A DNA stretch of 41,247 nt from an uncultured Gammaproteobacteria bacterium. GTDB taxonomy: Bacteria; Patescibacteriota; Patescibacteriia; UBA11705; JABHMO01. A program made the translations under genes and the position numbers. Positions 18,355-27,639 of the stretch are shown here, piece by piece (within the stretch, counting starts at the first letter, position 1; every line of letters begins with the position of its first letter). The stretch lies in assembly GCA_964434235.1 (NCBI GenBank), contig CAYSUN010000004.1, positions 1-41,247 on the forward strand. The letters are read 5' to 3'. The notes under the pieces were generated by a model. It was given only the letters and a program-made list of their open reading frames with translations. It did not search any database and was not told where the DNA came from.

Positions 18355-18440
18355 AGCTGCCCGCAGGGCGGCTGCGCGCCAGCGCATAGTAACCCCCTCC
18401 CGCTGTTAATTTAATTGCAGGGAGGGGGTTGGGGGTGGGC
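18355..18440 (+). repeat. GC-rich structured element A (hairpins agctgccc/gggcggct, gcgc-gcca-gcgc, ccccctccc/gggaggggg, then ttgggggtggg)
   Basis: A second copy lies at 26388..26506 and carries a 33-nt insertion. Confidence 0.6.
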
Positions 18441-18453
18441 CAGTTCTATTTTT

Positions 18454-19236
18454 ATGAATAATATGAAGCAATTATCAATAATTGAAAACCAAGAAATTGA
18501 AGAAGTCCTTAGTTCATTTGGATTAAGCGCAAATGAACAAAAAGTATATTTAAGTTTGCTTAGTCTTGGAAAAAGTACACTCAGTCCATTATCAAAAATG
18601 GCTAATCTAAATTTAACAACAGTCCAGTCTATTGTGAAAAGATTGATTAATTTGGGTTTAACAGAAGTTAGTTTGATCAAAACGCGCAGTCTTTACCAAG
18701 CGACCGAGCCAATTACTTTGAAAAAAATTTTGGAAAACAAAATTAAGGAAGTTAGCACTATAATTCCTTTCTTAAAAAAAATTCAGCAAGAAGAAGTTGT
18801 TAGTTCAAAAATAAAAGTTTATTACAAAGACCGAATGACTGAAATTTTTAATCAAATATTAGAGGAAGAAGAGGATGAAGTATTGGAAATAGTATCAGCC
18901 GAAGATTTTCAGGAAATTATTGGTGAAAAATTTCATTTTACAAAAAGACGTGTTGAAAAAAATATAAAACTGAAAAGTTTAAGAATTGAAAATCAAGAAA
19001 TTAAAAAATACAACTCCGAAGTTCACGAAAAAGAACTTCGGCAAGCAAAATTTTTACCGGCTGAGTTAACTTTCCGAAATTCAATTATGATTTGGCAAAA
19101 CAAAGTTGCTTTTTTCACAACCAAAGAAGAAGGCTTAGCTTGGATAGTGGAAAGTTCAACACAAAATGAAATGTGGCGTCAATTATTTGAATTGTTGTGG
19201 AGTGTTAGTCGAAAAATGGAAACCGCGAATAAATAA
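18454..19236 (+). CDS. TrmB-family transcriptional regulator
   Basis: N-terminal wHTH: LSANEQKVYLSLLSLGKSTLSPLSKMANLNLTTVQSIVKRLINLGL. Confidence 0.65.
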   Translation: MNNMKQLSIIENQEIEEVLSSFGLSANEQKVYLSLLSLGKSTLSPLSKMANLNLTTVQSIVKRLINLGLTEVSLIKTRSLYQATEPITLKKILENKIKEVSTIIPFLKKIQQEEVVSSKIKVYYKDRMTEIFNQILEEEEDEVLEIVSAEDFQEIIGEKFHFTKRRVEKNIKLKSLRIENQEIKKYNSEVHEKELRQAKFLPAELTFRNSIMIWQNKVAFFTTKEEGLAWIVESSTQNEMWRQLFELLWSVSRKMETANK

Positions 19237-19327
19237 TTGGAGGTAAACAAAAAAAATGTTATAATTAATTTAGTTTGAAAGTTGTAAAGTAAAAAATTTG
19301 TAAAGTTGAGCTACATAGCACAAGAAA

Positions 19328-19560
19328 ATGAAGTTTGATAAGTTTGAGGACATTCTAGCTTGGCAAAAAGCAGAAGAATTAACCATTGAGATATACAAAG
19401 TTTTTGCACATTGTCAGGATTTTAATTTTAAAAGGCAAGGCTTCATTTGTCGGTGAAGTTAAAATATATTTCCAAAGAGGAGTACAATGAACTTATAATA
19501 AGAGCAACAGAAATATCAAAAATATTATCAGGCTTGATTAAAACACTTTATACTTTATGA
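19328..19560 (+). pseudogene. Internally deleted remnant of a four-helix-bundle ('23S rRNA IVS') protein gene
   Basis: N-terminus MKFDKFEDILAWQKAEELTIEIYKVF…, then a frame break, then the C-terminus …ISKEEYNELIIRATEISKILSGLIKTL. Compare the intact copies at 28988 and 38708. Confidence 0.5.
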
Positions 19561-19611
19561 ACTTTATACTTTATAAACTTTTAACTTTATAAACTTTTAA
19601 CTTCTATTTTT

Positions 19612-19863
19612 ATGTTAAATTTTTTGGAAAATCTTTATCATCACAGTCGAACAACTTTAATGTGGTTTGTGGTTTATTTTGTAATTCAGACCGTGATTTG
19701 GATATCGCTTGGCGTTTTGATTCTTTTATATCCACAAACACTTTTCATTTTAGTTGCTCTTTTCTTTGTGTTGTTTTCAGCTGTTAATTTATATTTTGCG
19801 ATTGTGTTTGCAAGTTATTTTCATAAATTAAAAAAACTTAAAACTGCTATTCGATTAAAATAA
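19612..19863 (+). CDS. Small two-TM membrane protein, hypothetical
   Basis: Hydrophobic ORF preceded by short tandem aacttttaactt(t/c)ata repeats. Confidence 0.35.
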   Translation: MLNFLENLYHHSRTTLMWFVVYFVIQTVIWISLGVLILLYPQTLFILVALFFVLFSAVNLYFAIVFASYFHKLKKLKTAIRLK

Positions 19864-19907
19864 AAATGCGAATTTGCTACTCTTGGGCAAATCAGCAAAT
19901 TGTAAAT

Positions 19908-20774
19908 ATGAAAGTAAAAAAATTAATTATACCTGTGGCTGGTTATGGTACTCGTTTTTTACCAGCAACCAAAGCTCAACCAAAAGAAATGTTGCCAGTT
20001 GTTGATAAACCAATTGTTCAATATGTAGTTGAAGATGCAGTTCGAGCTGGAATAGAAACCATTATTTTGGTAACTGGTAGTGGCAAGCGAGCAGTAGAAG
20101 ATCATTTTGGGTATAATTATGAACTGCAAAGTTATCTAAGAAAAACTGGGAAAAATGATTTACGTAAAGAAATCAAGCACATTGCGGACATGGCTAATTT
20201 TATTTATATTCGCCAAAAAGGCCCATACGGAAATGGTACACCAGTTCTTTGTGCCAAGCATTTAATTGGTGATGAACCATTTGCAGTTATGTGGGGAGAT
20301 GAGTTTTTTTATACCAAGAAAAAATCGCAACTAGCGCAGTTAATCGAGGTTTATGAAAAATACCAAGATCCGGTTTTAACTGCTTATAATGTTTCCAAGC
20401 AAGATACGAATAAATACGGAATTATTGATGGAATAGAAATAGAAAAAAATGTTATTCAAGTAAAAAATATTGTTGAAAAACCAGGACCACAAAAAGCGCC
20501 ATCAACTTTGGCTACGCTTGGCGGATTTGTTTTAACACCAGATATTTTTGAAATGTTAGAAAAAACAAAACTGGGCAAAGGCGGAGAACTTTGGTTAACA
20601 GATGCGATTGCAAGATTATCTCAAACAAGACCGATTTATGCGCGTAAAATTGAAGGCACATATTATGATACTGGTTCGAAAATCGGTTATTTAAAGGCCA
20701 ACGTTGAATTGGCCTTAACTAGGCCAGACTTAAAAAAAGAGTTTAGAAAATATTTGAAAAATTTAAAAATATAA
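19908..20774 (+). CDS. galU: UTP–glucose-1-phosphate uridylyltransferase
   Basis: [39 protein letters not shown] is the GalU signature. Confidence 0.9.
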   Translation: [288 protein letters not shown]

Positions 20775-20845
20775 CAGAGTAACTAAAGTTATCCTTTTTA
20801 TCTTATATATCCCATTTATCTTATTACAAATAAAAACAAAAAAAT

Positions 20846-22264
20846 ATGTTTACCAAAAGTAAATATAAGATTATAGCCAGTGTCTTGTTGCTAATTTTTA
20901 CTTTAACTGGTTGTACTAAAGGTGGAACGACTGAAGCAAAAAGTGCTTATAAAGCTGAAGTTTTGAATTGGTGGAGTGTTTGGGATGATTATTCAGACGT
21001 TATTCCTTTGATTGATGCTTATCGAGCGCAACACCCAAATGTTCGAGTTGATTATAGAAAACTTCGTTATGAAGAATACGAAAAAGAATTAATAAACGCG
21101 CTAGCTGAAGATCGTGGACCGGATGTTTTTTCAATTCACAATACTTGGATGAAAAGATATGTAAATAAATTGTTGCCAGCTCCAGCCAGTGTTTCTTTGC
21201 CTATTAAATACACTACTGGTGGTATAAAAAAAGAAGAGGTCGTTGAATTTAGGACGAACAATTTACCATCTCCAGCGGTGGTTAGAAAAAACTTTTTAGA
21301 TGTAGTATCACCTGATGTTATTATGCTTGATGAAACTGGTGCAGAAGATACTTGGCGAGAAAAAGTTTGGGGCTTGCCAATGAGTATGGATACTTTGGTT
21401 ATGTTTTATAATAAAGATATTTTAAATAACGCAGGTATTGTTGAACCAGCGAAAAGTTGGACTGAATTTCAGGATCATGTTAAACGAATTACCAAGATTA
21501 GTAGTGAAACTGGTGAAATATTATTATCTGGCGGTGCAATTGGCACAGCTGATAACGTTGAAAGAAGTTTTGATATTTTGTCTTTATTAATGATGCAGAA
21601 TTTGACACCAATGACCAACCAAGCTGGCTACGCAACTTTTACAGAAGCTCCAAAAAATATTACTAATATTCAAACTCCTCCTGCCATTGGAGCAATTGAT
21701 TTTTATGTTCAGTTTGCTTCACCTTTGCACGAGATTTATACTTGGAACAATCAAATGCCAAATTCCATCGACGCTTTTATTGATGGTAAGGTTGCATATA
21801 TTTTTGGTTATTCATATTACAAAGATCGAATAATGGCCGAAGCGCCACAGTTAAATTGGAGTATTGCTTCAATGCCACAAGTTGGGGATCAACAAAAAGT
21901 TAATTATGCTAGTTATTGGGTACAAGGAGTTTCCAAAAAATCAAAAGTTCCTCAGTATGCTTGGGATTTTGTTAATTTTATAACGGCTGAAGCTAATGTT
22001 CCTGTTTATCTAAATAAAGCTGGAACAACAACTGCTCTTCGTTCAACAAAATTAATTAACGAACATCTAGCCAATGAAGCTTTAGCGGTTCAGGCTGAAC
22101 AGTTGTTAACAGCCAAAAGTTGGTATCGAGGGCAAAGTCCTTTGGCGGCCGAAGATATTTTCGCGACATTAATTAATAGTGTATTACAGGCAGATGTCGA
22201 AGTGGAGGATGCCCTAAAAAATTCAGCTAATCAAATAAATTACTCTATAAATAATTCTTTATGA
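20846..22264 (+). CDS. Lipoprotein, extracellular solute-binding protein (ABC-type sugar SBP-like)
   Basis: Lipobox LTGC. SBP family-1-like length and composition. Confidence 0.6.
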   Translation: MFTKSKYKIIASVLLLIFTLTGCTKGGTTEAKSAYKAEVLNWWSVWDDYSDVIPLIDAYRAQHPNVRVDYRKLRYEEYEKELINALAEDRGPDVFSIHNTWMKRYVNKLLPAPASVSLPIKYTTGGIKKEEVVEFRTNNLPSPAVVRKNFLDVVSPDVIMLDETGAEDTWREKVWGLPMSMDTLVMFYNKDILNNAGIVEPAKSWTEFQDHVKRITKISSETGEILLSGGAIGTADNVERSFDILSLLMMQNLTPMTNQAGYATFTEAPKNITNIQTPPAIGAIDFYVQFASPLHEIYTWNNQMPNSIDAFIDGKVAYIFGYSYYKDRIMAEAPQLNWSIASMPQVGDQQKVNYASYWVQGVSKKSKVPQYAWDFVNFITAEANVPVYLNKAGTTTALRSTKLINEHLANEALAVQAEQLLTAKSWYRGQSPLAAEDIFATLINSVLQADVEVEDALKNSANQINYSINNSL

Positions 22265-22626
22265 GAAAATATTTAATTATCACGATCGTAATCTTTTGGG
22301 GTGTACTTGGGGTGGCACAAAGCACTTTTGCTTTTCCTTCGATTGTGCCTGTAAATTGTCAAGGTAATGCAGAAGTTTCAGTGTGTAACTTAAGTGAAGT
22401 AGAATCAATGATCGGAACTGTTGCTCAAATTGTTTTGGGCTTGGCTGGTTCTGTTACATTGGCAGTATTTGTTGTGGCTGGTATTATGTATACAGCTTCT
22501 GGCGGAAATAAAAATATAATCGGCAAAGCAACGGACATGTTGAAAAATGCTTTTTTGGGATTAGTACTTATATTTTTAGCTGGAGTTATTGTAAAAACTT
22601 TATTAAGTGTCTTAAGTAAGTCTTAG
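22261..22626 (+). CDS. VirB2/TrbC-like (T4SS-type) pilin family protein, paralog 1 of 9
   Basis: Signal peptide, then a hydrophobic helix, the loop YTASGGNKN…, and a second hydrophobic helix. Confidence 0.5.
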   Translation: MRKYLIITIVIFWGVLGVAQSTFAFPSIVPVNCQGNAEVSVCNLSEVESMIGTVAQIVLGLAGSVTLAVFVVAGIMYTASGGNKNIIGKATDMLKNAFLGLVLIFLAGVIVKTLLSVLSKS

Positions 22627-22629
22627 CTT

Positions 22630-22992
22630 TTGTATATGAAAAAAATATTAATAATTACATTTTTAAGTCTATTGATTTTACCAACAATAGTGTTTGCGCA
22701 AGGAGCCGTGTCACAGGCAAAAGCGAAAATTACTTCTGTTATGCCAGGGGAACTAGTGAAAGATGCAGATGCAAATATAATTTTAGGAAATGCAATTAGT
22801 AAGGGGTTGGGGATAATCGGCAGTGTGGCTTTGGTTATTTTTATTGCAAGTGGTATAATATGGATGACCTCAGCTGGGAATGAGAAAAGAGTCAAGCTGG
22901 CTGAGCAAAGTTTAATTTGGGCAGCCTTGGGGTTGTTTGTTATATTTTTCAGTTATATTTTTGTTAATAATGTTATTGGAAAGTTGGGTTAA
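22630..22992 (+). CDS. VirB2/TrbC-like pilin paralog 2
   Basis: …IASGIIWMTSAGNEKRVKLAEQ… flanked by two hydrophobic helices. Confidence 0.5.
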   Translation: MYMKKILIITFLSLLILPTIVFAQGAVSQAKAKITSVMPGELVKDADANIILGNAISKGLGIIGSVALVIFIASGIIWMTSAGNEKRVKLAEQSLIWAALGLFVIFFSYIFVNNVIGKLG

Positions 22993-23038
22993 AAAAAATT
23001 AGAAATTTAAATATAAAAAATAAATAATTTTTACGAAC

Positions 23039-23437
23039 ATGAAGTTAAACACAAACAAAATCAAAGTGTTTGCAGCTTTATTCTTAGCTGTTTTTGCACT
23101 TTCGTTTCTAGCGCTTCCAGTTTTAGCACAAAACAATGATCCATTTGGAGTTACTGCTGTTGGTGGTAATTTAGGACTTGGTAATAAAGATTTAAGAGAA
23201 ACAATTGGTTCTATTATCAAGGCTGCTTTAGGCTTTCTTGGTGTAGTTGCTGTGGTTATTGTTTTGATCGGTGGTTTCAAATACATGACAGCTGGTGGTA
23301 GTGATGAAAAAGTTCAAGATGCTAGAAAATACATTGTTTCTGGTATTATTGGTCTTGCTATTGTTTTGAGCGCTTATGCTATTACAACCTTTGTTGTAAG
23401 TAATTTAATTAGTGCAACAAACGCTAATACTTTGTAA
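23039..23437 (+). CDS. VirB2/TrbC-like pilin paralog 3
   Basis: …LIGGFKYMTAGGSDEKVQDARKY…. Confidence 0.5.
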   Translation: MKLNTNKIKVFAALFLAVFALSFLALPVLAQNNDPFGVTAVGGNLGLGNKDLRETIGSIIKAALGFLGVVAVVIVLIGGFKYMTAGGSDEKVQDARKYIVSGIIGLAIVLSAYAITTFVVSNLISATNANTL

Positions 23438-23517
23438 TTTTTTTGAAGTGGGTAGTTTTACTGCCCCTTCTCATTAGCCAATAATTGTTAATAAAGTTTT
23501 GTTGGTTGATGAGAAGT

Positions 23518-23907
23518 ATGAAAAAGATTATTCCTTTTTTGATGGTAATTTTTATATTTTCTGTACTTGCTATTAGCGTACAGCCAGTTTTGGCTGGGGA
23601 CGCAAGCACAACCAGTTTTAAGGATGGACTTGAAAAAACAAACATTGAAGCAAAGTTAGATACTACTGGCACCGTAGAATCAAAGATTGGTAAAATTGCT
23701 GGTATTATTTTTGGCTTTGTTAGTATTGTTTTTCTGATTATGATTGTTTATGGTGGCATTATTTGGATGACTGCTTCAGGAACTGAAGCTAATGTCAAAA
23801 AAGCTAGGGCAACTTTGGTTCATGCTGCAATTGGTTTATTTGTGACGATGATCTCTTATCAAGTTGCTTCTTATGTAATAACGAAAATTGCAGAAACAAC
23901 TTCCTAA
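23518..23907 (+). CDS. VirB2/TrbC-like pilin paralog 4
   Basis: …VYGGIIWMTASGTEANVKKARAT… The start is taken at MKKIIPF. Confidence 0.5.
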   Translation: MKKIIPFLMVIFIFSVLAISVQPVLAGDASTTSFKDGLEKTNIEAKLDTTGTVESKIGKIAGIIFGFVSIVFLIMIVYGGIIWMTASGTEANVKKARATLVHAAIGLFVTMISYQVASYVITKIAETTS

Positions 23908-23913
23908 TTAAAT

Positions 23914-24306
23914 ATGAAAAATGTTTTTTTATTGTTAGTAGTTATAATGTTAATAGTTTTTAACTTTAGTCTTGCACTTGAGCCTGTTTTGGCTGATGGT
24001 GCAACTGACAAAGCTCAAGCTGGTTTAAAAGCCTCAGCTGATACAGCTGGGTTTTCTACAGCCAAAGCTGAACCAGCTGAAGTTATTGGAAAAGCCTTGA
24101 ACATTTTAATTTCTGTTTTAGGAATTATTTTTGTTATTTTGGTTGTTTATGGTGGTGTAACTTGGATGACCGCTACTGGTAATGCTGATCAAGTTAAAAA
24201 AGCTAGATCCATGATTATAGAAGGTGCACTTGGCATGGCTGTTACTTTGGCTTCCTATTCTTTGGCTTCTTATGTAGTAGAAAAAGCATCCTCAGCCACA
24301 CAATAG
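23914..24306 (+). CDS. VirB2/TrbC-like pilin paralog 5
   Basis: …VYGGVTWMTATGNADQVKKARSM…. Confidence 0.5.
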   Translation: MKNVFLLLVVIMLIVFNFSLALEPVLADGATDKAQAGLKASADTAGFSTAKAEPAEVIGKALNILISVLGIIFVILVVYGGVTWMTATGNADQVKKARSMIIEGALGMAVTLASYSLASYVVEKASSATQ

Positions 24307-24348
24307 TAATTTATCATTTAAACACTTAATCACTAAAACAAGAAATCT

Positions 24349-24393
24349 CCGACGTAAAGTACGGAGTCCGTATAGCCTATGGCTCATCGGACA
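24349..24393 (+). repeat. 45-nt hairpin-rich insertion element, copy 1 (tccgacgtaaagtacggag tccgtatagcc-tat-ggctcatcggac)
   Basis: Inserted into a repeat unit that is uninterrupted at 27826..27880. An inverted copy lies at 29425..29469. Confidence 0.75.
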
Positions 24394-24512
24394 ATAAAAC
24401 ATAAAAACAAGAAAACAAGGAACACAGAACACAGAGCAACCACTTAAGTAGGCTTGCACTTACTACTTAACACTTAATACTTTTTTCACTATTTACTTCT
24501 AACTTCTATATT

Positions 24513-24908
24513 ATGTATAATCTAATTTACAACCAAAACTTTAGACGGATTGCTGTAATTGTTGTGATGATTTGTATGGGATTTATTTTTTCAGCTAGTT
24601 ATGGTTTGGCTAGTCCAACAGAAGAATTAAAAAAAGTTGGGACTGGTATGAATATTACAGCGCCAAAACCAATGCCAGAAGTTATCGGACAAATTATCAA
24701 TATTATTTTAACAATATCTGGAATTATAATGGTGATTTTAGTAGTTTGGGGAGGATTTCAGTGGATGACAGCTGGTGGGAATGAAGATCAGGTCAAGAAA
24801 GCCAAGCAATTATTAATTAACGCCGTTATGGGGTTAGCTATAACTTTATCAGCTTATGCAATTGCCTATTTTGCTGTTGAACAATTAGACAAGGCAACAA
24901 CTACTTAG
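24513..24908 (+). CDS. VirB2/TrbC-like pilin paralog 6
   Basis: …VWGGFQWMTAGGNEDQVKKAKQLLINA…. Confidence 0.55.
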   Translation: MYNLIYNQNFRRIAVIVVMICMGFIFSASYGLASPTEELKKVGTGMNITAPKPMPEVIGQIINIILTISGIIMVILVVWGGFQWMTAGGNEDQVKKAKQLLINAVMGLAITLSAYAIAYFAVEQLDKATTT

Positions 24909-24934
24909 AAGAAATAAATAACTAAATAAATATT

Positions 24935-25339
24935 ATGAAAAAGATATTTGCGATTTTGGCAATTTTAAGCATAATGTTAGTTCCAATGTTAGTTTTTGCT
25001 CAGGGTACGACACCGACAGCTGTAGATTATACAAAGGGTGATCCCAAGGCTGCTTTAACTGATTTAAGGGGTAAATCAGGATATTCAGACAAGTCTGACA
25101 ATTTGGTTGGTGTTATTGGTAATGTCATAAAAATTTTATTAACAGCAGTGGGTATTATAGTAGTAGTTCTTGTTGTTTATGCTGGATTTTTGTGGATGAC
25201 AGCTGGTGGCAATGAAGATCAAGTTAAAAAAGCTAAACAATGGTTAATTAACGCAGTGATTGGCTTAGCCTTGATTATGGCAGCTTATGCAATCTCTGAT
25301 TTCGCTATAACTAATTTAACGACAGCCACAAAAGCCTAA
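24935..25339 (+). CDS. VirB2/TrbC-like pilin paralog 7
   Basis: …VYAGFLWMTAGGNEDQVKKAKQWLINAVIGLALIMAAYAIS…. Confidence 0.55.
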   Translation: MKKIFAILAILSIMLVPMLVFAQGTTPTAVDYTKGDPKAALTDLRGKSGYSDKSDNLVGVIGNVIKILLTAVGIIVVVLVVYAGFLWMTAGGNEDQVKKAKQWLINAVIGLALIMAAYAISDFAITNLTTATKA

Positions 25340-25364
25340 CTTAATTAATATCAGAAAAATAGGT

Positions 25365-25763
25365 ATGAAAAAATTAATTCCAGCTTTAACATTGTTTCTA
25401 GTTTTGTTTATGCCAATTGCTGTTGGAGCGCAGGATTTTTTAGGCGCTGATTACCAGGGTCAACAAACAACTGCTTTTGCTGATTTTAAAACAAAATCAG
25501 GCATGGATGGAAAAGAAAGCAGCTTAGTTGCGATTATAGGAAATGTTGTAAGAATAGTTCTAGTTTTGGTCGGAATAATTGTACTTGTGATTATTGTCTA
25601 TGCTGGTTTTTTGTGGATGACTGCTGGTGGTAATGAAGATCAAGTTAAAAAAGCTAAACAATGGTTAATTAACGCGGTAGTAGGTTTGGCCTTAATTATG
25701 GCAGCTTATGCAATTTCAAGTTTTGTAGTTACTAACTTGTCTTCAGCGACAACGATTAATTGA
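25365..25763 (+). CDS. VirB2/TrbC-like pilin paralog 8
   Basis: Its C-terminal ~80 aa are nearly identical to paralogs 7 and 9, while the N-terminal mature region differs. Confidence 0.55.
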   Translation: MKKLIPALTLFLVLFMPIAVGAQDFLGADYQGQQTTAFADFKTKSGMDGKESSLVAIIGNVVRIVLVLVGIIVLVIIVYAGFLWMTAGGNEDQVKKAKQWLINAVVGLALIMAAYAISSFVVTNLSSATTIN

Positions 25764-25792
25764 AGATTAATAACTAATATATAATAAAAATT

Positions 25793-26191
25793 ATGAAAAA
25801 ACTAATTCCAATTTTGGCACTTTTTTCTTTGCTATTATTCCCTGTGGCCACAATGGCGCAAGACATCTTACAATTAGGTTTGGATGATCAGACGGTTGAA
25901 GAAAATATGGATTATTTTGCTTCAGACTTCGGACAGGATACAGGTGGATCTGATTTGGTTGGGATAATCGGAAATATAGTACGAATCGTTTTGACTTTAT
26001 TGGGCGTTGTTGTACTTGTTATTATTGTTTATGCAGGTTTTTTGTGGATGACAGCTGGTGGTAATGAAGATCAAGTTAAGAAAGCTAAACAATGGCTAAT
26101 TAATGCGATAATAGGTTTAGCCTTAATTTTGGCGGCTTATGCAATTTCAAGTTTTGTAGTAACAAACCTTTCTTCTGCGACAACAATGTAA
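25793..26191 (+). CDS. VirB2/TrbC-like pilin paralog 9
   Basis: Same conserved C-terminal core with a divergent N-terminal region. Confidence 0.55.
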   Translation: MKKLIPILALFSLLLFPVATMAQDILQLGLDDQTVEENMDYFASDFGQDTGGSDLVGIIGNIVRIVLTLLGVVVLVIIVYAGFLWMTAGGNEDQVKKAKQWLINAIIGLALILAAYAISSFVVTNLSSATTM

Positions 26192-26210
26192 AATTATTAT
26201 CAAATAAAAA

Positions 26211-26246
26211 AACTGCCCTCCAAGCATGGATAAGGGCAGTTTTTTT
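26211..26246 (+). terminator. Rho-independent terminator after the pilin array (ctgccct…agggcag followed by ttttttt)
   Basis: Read directly. Confidence 0.6.
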
Positions 26247-26387
26247 GTTGTTCCGTAATCAAATTTGATTCGGAACGCTATCTCTATATTAAAGAGCTAC
26301 TTGGTTGTGAAAGTGAGTTCATTTGTTATGCGAATTAACTGAGAGATACTATAGCGAATGTTCGATTGGTAAGTAGTATTTTTTTTT

Positions 26388-26506
26388 AGCTGCCGGCAGG
26401 CACCCGCGCGGTAGCGCATAATAGCCCCCTTCCGATACAAGAATAAATTACAGGGAGAGCTTGCCACGTACTTAACGAAGTTATAGTTCGTGGGGTTGGG
26501 GGTGGG
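26388..26506 (+). repeat. GC-rich structured element B (a copy of element A) carrying a 33-nt insertion of the R-family repeat at 26459..26491
   Basis: Removing gcttgccacgtacttaacgaagttatagttcgt restores cagggaga|ggggttgggggtggg, as in element A. Confidence 0.6.
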
Positions 26507-26538
26507 TTCTTTTCAAGTTTGTAAAACTATTACAACTT

Positions 26539-27543
26539 TTAAAGCAATTTCTTAAAGTTTTCTACAAGTGCTACTGGAGCTGGGTCTGTTTTGTATAATA
26601 AGGCTAGGTTGTAAGAGGTCCATAAACCAAGCATTAAAGTTGTTATCAGTTTAAAAAATTCCGAACCAGCGCGCATATCAAGAATTTCAATATCAAGTTT
26701 TTTGTCTAATATTTTTTTGAAGACAAGCATTCTTTTTTGAATTTGTTTATGATCTTTTTGGTCTTTGAGTATTAATATTTGATAATTGCCGATCGGGTTG
26801 GTATAGCCAACAAGTTCATTGTGATTCATTTCAGGAAAAGCATTCCAAAAACTTGGGATTTTGGTATTTTCATTAAAATTAATTTTCCAAACCATGGCTA
26901 TATATTTCCAAGAATTTGAACTGTAAACTATTGGGACTTTATTGATTAATTTTTTTGATAATTTTTGAGCTTGAGTTTGGATTTGAGCTTGAATTTTCAA
27001 GGCGGAATTTATGTCTTTATTTAAGCTATTAATATTTAGTTTTAGAAAGCCAGAATTGTGCAAAACTTTTAACATCGCACCGACTACATAACCATAGGCT
27101 AGTCTGGGTTGGTTTGTTTCTGGCAGTTTAATAAATTTATAATTTTTCTTTTTGGCTATTTTCTCCAGTTTACCACCATGAGCCAAAATAATAATTTGTT
27201 TCATGCCTTTTTTTTCAGCTTCAGCCAAGGCGGACAAAGTTTCTTCAGTATTACCAGAATATGAATCAAAAAAACCGCACCAGTTCTTATTTACCACTTT
27301 TGGTAATGAATAGTCGCGGTTTATTTTTATTGGAATATTAAAGTTAGTATTGGTTTTTGCCAAGTATGTTTTTACCAAGTTCGCGGGTAAAGCACTTCCG
27401 CCCATACCACAAAAAATTATTTTTTCCGTGTTTTTGGCGATTGAAATAGTAGTTTCTGCCAAAGCGGAAGTAAACTGTTTTGGCAAATCAGCAATTATTT
27501 GATAAATGTTTTGTGAATCAAATTGATGTCGAAGAGATTGCAT
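26539..27543 (-). CDS. SIS-domain sugar-phosphate isomerase, bifunctional phosphoglucose/phosphomannose isomerase-like
   Basis: FCGMGGSA…SYSGNTEET is the SIS signature. About 330 aa, archaeal-type PGI/PMI length. Confidence 0.65.
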   Translation of the reverse strand: MQSLRHQFDSQNIYQIIADLPKQFTSALAETTISIAKNTEKIIFCGMGGSALPANLVKTYLAKTNTNFNIPIKINRDYSLPKVVNKNWCGFFDSYSGNTEETLSALAEAEKKGMKQIIILAHGGKLEKIAKKKNYKFIKLPETNQPRLAYGYVVGAMLKVLHNSGFLKLNINSLNKDINSALKIQAQIQTQAQKLSKKLINKVPIVYSSNSWKYIAMVWKINFNENTKIPSFWNAFPEMNHNELVGYTNPIGNYQILILKDQKDHKQIQKRMLVFKKILDKKLDIEILDMRAGSEFFKLITTLMLGLWTSYNLALLYKTDPAPVALVENFKKLL

Positions 27544-27639
27544 AAAACCTACTTTTGTTTTAGAAAAAACGGTACTTAATTAATTATAACTTAGCATTTT
27601 AAGTTCAATGTTGCAAAGTAGTTATGCACATTCTTTCTC

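Noticed and set aside
18411-18680. 89-aa minus-strand ORF
   Set aside because: It overlaps the TrmB-like gene and GC-rich element A. No RBS.
24349-24393. Hammerhead ribozyme inside the 45-nt element (CCGAUGAG resembles CUGAUGAG)
   Set aside because: After the putative stem II (AGCC/GGCU) the sequence is AUAC rather than the required GAAA, and there is no proper stem I/III arrangement.
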